A model generated the notes under the pieces. It searched no databases, was not told the DNA's origin, and saw only the letters and a program-made list of their open reading frames with translations. This document shows, piece after piece, positions 58,369-64,000 of a stretch of DNA of 64,000 nucleotides. Both the position numbers and the translations under genes were made by a program. Source of the DNA: Macrostomum hystrix (Eukaryota; Animalia; Platyhelminthes); contig CATNEN010000038.1 of the NCBI GenBank assembly GCA_950097015.1, positions 2,294,001-2,358,000 on the forward strand. Direction: 5' to 3'. The first letter of the stretch is position 1. Every line of letters begins with the position of its first letter.

Positions 58369-61300
58369 TCAGGTCCTGAACTCCAGCTTGCCAGCTCTGG
58401 TGATGTACTTTACTCCTTTGAACGGCTTGTACTTCTGCAAAGTTGGCGAATGCGATGCAGACAGTTATGAAATTGGGTGTTAAAGAGTTCTCTAAACTTA
58501 CGAAGTTTACCTATCTCATCGCCTCTCTGTAACATCTCTCCTTTGGATCATCTCTAACCTGTCTGATCTCCCCAAAGTCTCATATTTCCTGTCTTATCTC
58601 TTTCCAGCATAGTCTCTTCTCTCTTTCATCCGACCCGTCTTATGTCTGCTAGTCTGATCTGCTAGTTCTGTTCTTGTTTGCAGTGAAGACTCAGGTGTCT
58701 ATCTATTTGGCTCAATTTGTTCGCGCATGTGAATTCAGAATGCAATCATTAATACGAGTACAAGAATTTGTAACAAAAAGCCATTTTGCAGTCTAAAAAT
58801 TAACTTTTCTCTCATGTCAGTCGCTGCTGCAGCAGATTTTAGGTCGTAACTGGCAGGTTCCTTGATTTTCTACTACTCATATTTGCGCTAAGAGGCTAAT
58901 CGTTTGCTCGGGTACTGAAAATTTCGAACCACGAAAACGCGCTGAAATTTAATGAAAATTGCAATCTTTTTGTGATCGTTTTATGTCACTTGCGCAGACA
59001 AGAATGATTCTGAAATTAAGCCTTCAAAAAGCATGCCAGCATTAAAACAAAACTACCCGCACCAATTCAAAATAGTTTACAGAAGTATGAGTAAAGAGAT
59101 TTTCATATTAGATCTTTTCAGGGGCCTATGAATCACAACTGACTTAAAATGTGTATCTTGCAGCTTAGACAAATGCGTTAAAATACGTTTTCAGTGAATA
59201 TGTATATGGTAATTCATTCCCCTTTTATTTAAATAAAGACAACATAAAATATTGTTTATTAATTCTAAAAACTAGCTGCCCAACCAACCCTTCACTAAAA
59301 TACTAGCTGCCCTATCTTACATGCATGACACCCAGCTGACCAACCCCACTTTCCTGACATCCATGCTGCACAACCCCACTTTCCTGACACCCATGCTGCC
59401 TAACCCCACTTTCCTGACACCCATGCTGCCCAACCTCACTTTCCTGACATCCATGCTGCACAACCCCACTTTCCTGACATCCATGCTGCCCAACCCCACT
59501 TTCCTGACATCCATGCTGCACAACCCCACTTTCATGACACCCATGCTGCCTAACCCCACTTTCCTGACACCCATGCTGCCCAACCCCACTTTCCTGACAC
59601 CCATGCTGCCTAACCCCACTTTCCTGACACCCATGCTGCCCAACCCCACTTTCCTGACATCCATGCTGCACAACCCCACTTTCCTGACACCCATGCTGCC
59701 CAACCCCACTTTCCTGACACCCATGCTGCACAACCCCACTTTCCTGACACCCATGCTGCCCAACCCCACTCCTCCTGACACCCATGCTGCCCAACCCCAC
59801 TCCTCCTGACACCCATGCTGCCCAACCCCACTTTCCTGACACCCATGCTGCCCAACCCCACTCCTCCTGACACCCATGCTGCCCAACCCCACTTTCCTGA
59901 CACTCCAGCTGCCCAACCCCACTTTCCTGACACCCATGCTGACCAACCCCACATCTGTCTTTCATTCCAAGACAGTGTCTAAGCGAATATAAAGTAGCAC
60001 TTTTCGTTTGGATTAAGAAAGCAAGAAAGACAGCAAATTACTGCTTTATTTTCCTATGTATATAAAATTGCGACCTGTTTTAGCATTAGAAATTGTATCA
60101 GCAGAAAAGCAAATAAAATAAAAAATTAAATTTGTAATAAGAGAGCTCGCCATTAAATTATCCTGAAGGACTGGCTTCTTCTGAAACAGGCAATAATTGC
60201 ATTACTCATTAACTAGCAAATCTTAATAGACAGAAGCAAAAAAATAAAAATAATGTACGCGCATGATGCATAATCTGTAAGCAAAGAGGTACTATTTATT
60301 GACCTATTACTGAGACCCTATGCTAAGCCCCATCTATTAAACTGGGTGCAACAAAGCCAAACAGCAGCTAATGAGGCTGGCAGGCGGAGTTCTGACTCAC
60401 CTCTCCCATCAGGTCCAGCCTGTTGACGCGCAGGCCGGAAACCGTCCAGCCGGAGATGCTGAAGTTCACCAGCACGCTGGGATTGCAGTCGGGCACAGGG
60501 GCGCCGGTTTGCAAGATTATCTGGAATGCGAATATGCAATCCGCAACGATTAGCGGGTTGCCTAAGCTATTTTTAGTATCAGGTACGCATGCCCGCGAAT
60601 TTAACTGTCATATGACGTCATCTGACGTCACTATCTATATTTAGAAATCCATGTGGCAACTCTGCCCCAATGGTTTTTTATCCAAATTTGGGCCCAGTGG
60701 GCAACAGTAAACTTGTCTAGTTGACTTAACTTGCCTGGTAAAAAATTTTCCGGTGAAACAACTCATAATTGGTCATAACTACTATAAATTCATTTGATTA
60801 CTGCCCCTGCCCCGATACGCCAAATCTGCAGCCGACAAAACAGCCACAGCTATTGTGAAGGCTGCGTGCGGCTGTTCAGTCCATGGACCTAGCTATAGTG
60901 CTGGCACCCAGTTAACAGCTGGATGAACTGAAGCGATGCAGAGTTCAAGTGTCTTGCTAAGGGGCAATAATTGTTGCAGTGGATTCGGAAATCGAACCTC
61001 AGACCTTGGATTCGAGTCCGACGCTCAGACTACTTGGCTACAAACCCCCTCATTTTGTTTGGTAAAACAAAGCGGCTCTCTAAAATTATTGCAGGGCCTA
61101 TTCGAATTCTCTGCATGGAATCTTGTGGTAGTCAGGCTTGAATACGAATACTCACGGGTCCCTTGATGCTGGGAAACTTCTGCGGCTCGAGTTTGCCCAC
61201 ATTCCAGGTGAGGGTGCGGCTGGCCGTATCGAAACTGTACTTGCCGACGCTGGGCGTCAGGCTGACATTGGTCACCGCCCTGGGGAAGGTCACCTGTACA

Positions 61301-63997
61301 GCCACCTCATCCACAACCTGCAATAAGGCGGTGAATTGTAGACTTTTAATTTTAAATCGCTTCTGAGAAAAAAAACTATTTACAGAAGACAAAGATACAT
61401 CCTGAACACACAGACAGACGCCCAGAAAATATAGACAGACACCCGGAACATATAGACAGACACCCGGAACACACAGACGGACGCCCAGAAAACACAGACA
61501 GACGCCCAGAATACACCAACAGACACCCCAGAATGACGGCCGCACCTTTCCAGAGACAGGCCTGGGAGTGAGGCAGATGTCCAAGCGGCTGGCGCTCTCT
61601 TTGAACTGGATGGTGTGTCGCAGGCTGAGCGGAATCATCTGGTTGTGACCGCCGCCAGCGCCGCCAGCCCGATAAGACATCAGCCGGAAGCTGCCATCGG
61701 GCGGTATGAAACTCAAGGCCCGGTCGTTTTCAAATCTGCGAAATCTCACGCACGGGTGCAGACTGACATCCTCCAGTAGGCGCGAATTGACAAACGTCAG
61801 CGTGAGGTCGGGCATGCCGGACAGCTTGATCAGGCATTCGATTCTGCCGGACACATCGCTCATGACCACATTGCCGGACCGGTCAACAATAGCGTCCAGC
61901 TCTTCAATGACATCAAAGTAGGCCTCGTTATTGGCGTAGCGAACGCCGATGCGACGCCAGGGAATGTTGGACAGCTGGCCGGTGGGCAGGCTGGCCGACA
62001 CGTTTGTACTTTTGCCGGTCATTGTGTCTGTGATGGTGCGCAGAAGATTTGGCGGCCTGATCAGCTCCTTGAGGATGTTGGACTCGGTTGCTAGGGGAAA
62101 GCCATTGTCAAGCATCTCGTCCAGCAGCTAATGCGGAATGGGAACTGATTAGGATTAGATCATAATTCTTTAAGTATTAGAATATAATATTGTTAAATCT
62201 TACCTCGTACACCAGCACGACATTGTCCTTGATGATGGTCTCCGTAACATCGTCGAAATAGTCTTTGATAATATCGGCCAGTCTGTGCAGGAATTCGATG
62301 ACAAACAGGGGCGGCACTTCACTGCGACAGACGGCCACAAAGTGCAGCTGGGCGCGATAGGCGCTGATGATGATGTGATTGGGAGTCTGGATCACTGGCT
62401 GCACATTCTCAGGCGATGAGGCCTGGCGAGGGAAACAAGGAAAACTGATTTAGCACCAGATAAGAAAGAGTTTACACATATTGTTCAAGCTTAAAACTAA
62501 AATTAATCCTTTCATAATTGTTACATCAAATTTAAAGCATTAATTTACGAATAGATCGATTAATTTGGATAAACAATAACTTACCTTAGCTACTTCATCA
62601 AAGAAGTAGTCACATACTGTCTTTGGGATGACACTTTTGTAATGCTTTTCAAGGAAAATGTCTCTAAAATGTTAAGTTGACAGAGAAAAAATCAATTAGA
62701 TTTTTAGTTTTCAGAGAAAACACAAAATTTGTGTTAGACGATTATCATATTTATGAGATTTAGGACAACAAAAAAGAGAAGTACAGGGACAGTTTTTAAA
62801 ACTAGTTCTAATTGACAAAACTAATAAAATGTAAATTAAAAAATAATAATATAGTTTTAAAGCATTAAAAAACATATTTATATATGTGACCATAGCTACT
62901 ACAGGTTAAAGATAAGAGCCTACAGGTTATTAAAAAAATAACTTTTAACTGTCAAACAAAATACTACACTCTACAAAAAAGCTCAATAAGATATCAAAAA
63001 GATTTTAGGGGCCTATAAATTATTTTTTGTTTGTAATTCTAAAGGTCACATTCAACTTTTCAGACAAATTACAACAAGCTAGAAATAGTTATCTCAAGTA
63101 AAAAATAGAACTACCTTAGATACCCATATAATTTTTAAATGAAATGATTATGATTAAAGGCCATTGCACATTAATAACTTAACTTAACTTAACATAACCT
63201 TTAACTTATAAGTGCAAAATTGAAAGTACAACAATTAAAATGAATGTAAAATAATTTGTTCCTTCTGAAGATTGCTATCCACAATTAATTATTTAATAAC
63301 ATAAAAACAATTAAGATAATTAATATAAATAAAAAAACATAACAAACAAACAATATTTTCAAAATAAAATATATTTTGTCCTATTACCATGGCTTTAACA
63401 TAGAATTATTTTTATATTATATTATAGAATTAGTTTTCCATGAAAAAAGTGGCCCAGTTATTGCCAAGGCATTAATGTAGAAGACACAGGAGTCTTTTTG
63501 TCTAGTCTTCTATACCAATAAGCAGGCCTGCTTGCCCCAGTACCATAGCTATAGTCTGAAAGTTATTGGCCTGGTACATGACAAATGGCAATAAGCACTG
63601 CTATCAAACATTTTCTACAAAATAACAGAAAATTATTAAATCAAATGATCAACTAAATTTTTCTTAATAAAGTAATTTATGCACAAAAGACAAGTCAATT
63701 ATCAGAGAAGAGCTGCCGAGTAGCCTAGCCTAAGAATTAAAAATCAATGCAAGTTAATAGTTGAAAGAAGCTTAAATGTTTAGCAAAAAATAAAAAACTT
63801 CTATTATTTTTATGCTAATACTTTTTTATACTAAGTGCTCTTAGTTTATTAGGCAGATACCATAGTATAGGATAGCCATAGTAGTAATGTGAGTATTTAA
63901 AAACATATTATTATTATAATTTTTCTTAAAAATTTTTTTTCTAATGACAGGAAATAACTCACCCTGAATTGTTAATCAAAAAAATACTGTGAATCAT
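58369..63997 (-). CDS. AP3M: AP-3 complex subunit mu
   Basis: Exons 63963-63997 (MIHSIFLINNSG), 62585-62663 (DIFLEKHYKS), 62204-62422 (EVPPLFVIEFLHR), 61546-62127 (EMLDNGFPLATESNILKELI, IPWRR, NNEAYFDVIEE, FIPPDG), 61156-61317, 60401-60520, 58369-58434 (KYKPFKGVKYITRAGKLEFRT*). Confidence 0.97.
59325..59952. repeat. 30-bp minisatellite in AP3M intron
   Basis: caaccccactttcctgacacccatgctgcc, about 21 copies. Confidence 0.95.
60790..61049 (-). mobile_element. SINE family A copy in AP3M intron
   Basis: Reverse complement carries gtagccaagtag...ggttcgatttcc...agcaagacactt...cagttcatccagctgttaactgggt. Confidence 0.8.
61395..61535. repeat. 21-bp minisatellite
   Basis: cagacagacacccggaacaca-like units. 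Confidence 0.8.
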
Positions 63998-64000
63998 TTT

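Overview
Intron-rich, minisatellite-laden animal genomic DNA. The style suggests a Macrostomum-like flatworm, which is inference only. Eight spliced protein genes were reconstructed by hand from splice signals: (1) a TASOR/TEX15-like DUF3715 pseudo-PARP gene (-, runs off the left edge); (2) a classical dynamin (-, 7968-23556); (3) NME7 (+); (4) the glycine cleavage T-protein AMT (-); (5) a rotund/lin-29/ZNF384-362-type C2H2 factor (-); (6) a secreted WSC plus cysteine-motif protein (+); (7) a secreted PAN-like plus fibrinogen-domain protein with a GC-AG intron (-); (8) AP-3 mu (-). Mobile DNA includes three solo LTRs with target-site duplications, a Gmr1-like Gypsy fragment with integrase upstream of RT nested in a decayed hAT transposase, an hAT MITE with a perfect 8-bp TSD, a second MITE carrying p53-type half-sites, two tRNA-derived SINE families and two non-LTR fragments. 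Most long ORFs in the supplied track are translations of tandem repeats. The main findings are the invertebrate HUSH-core-like DUF3715 gene, a duplicated and apparently mutually exclusive dynamin GED exon, a cassette array of phase-2 dynamin PRD exons, and the Gmr1-order retrotransposon. All homology calls are from recalled motifs; no search was run.
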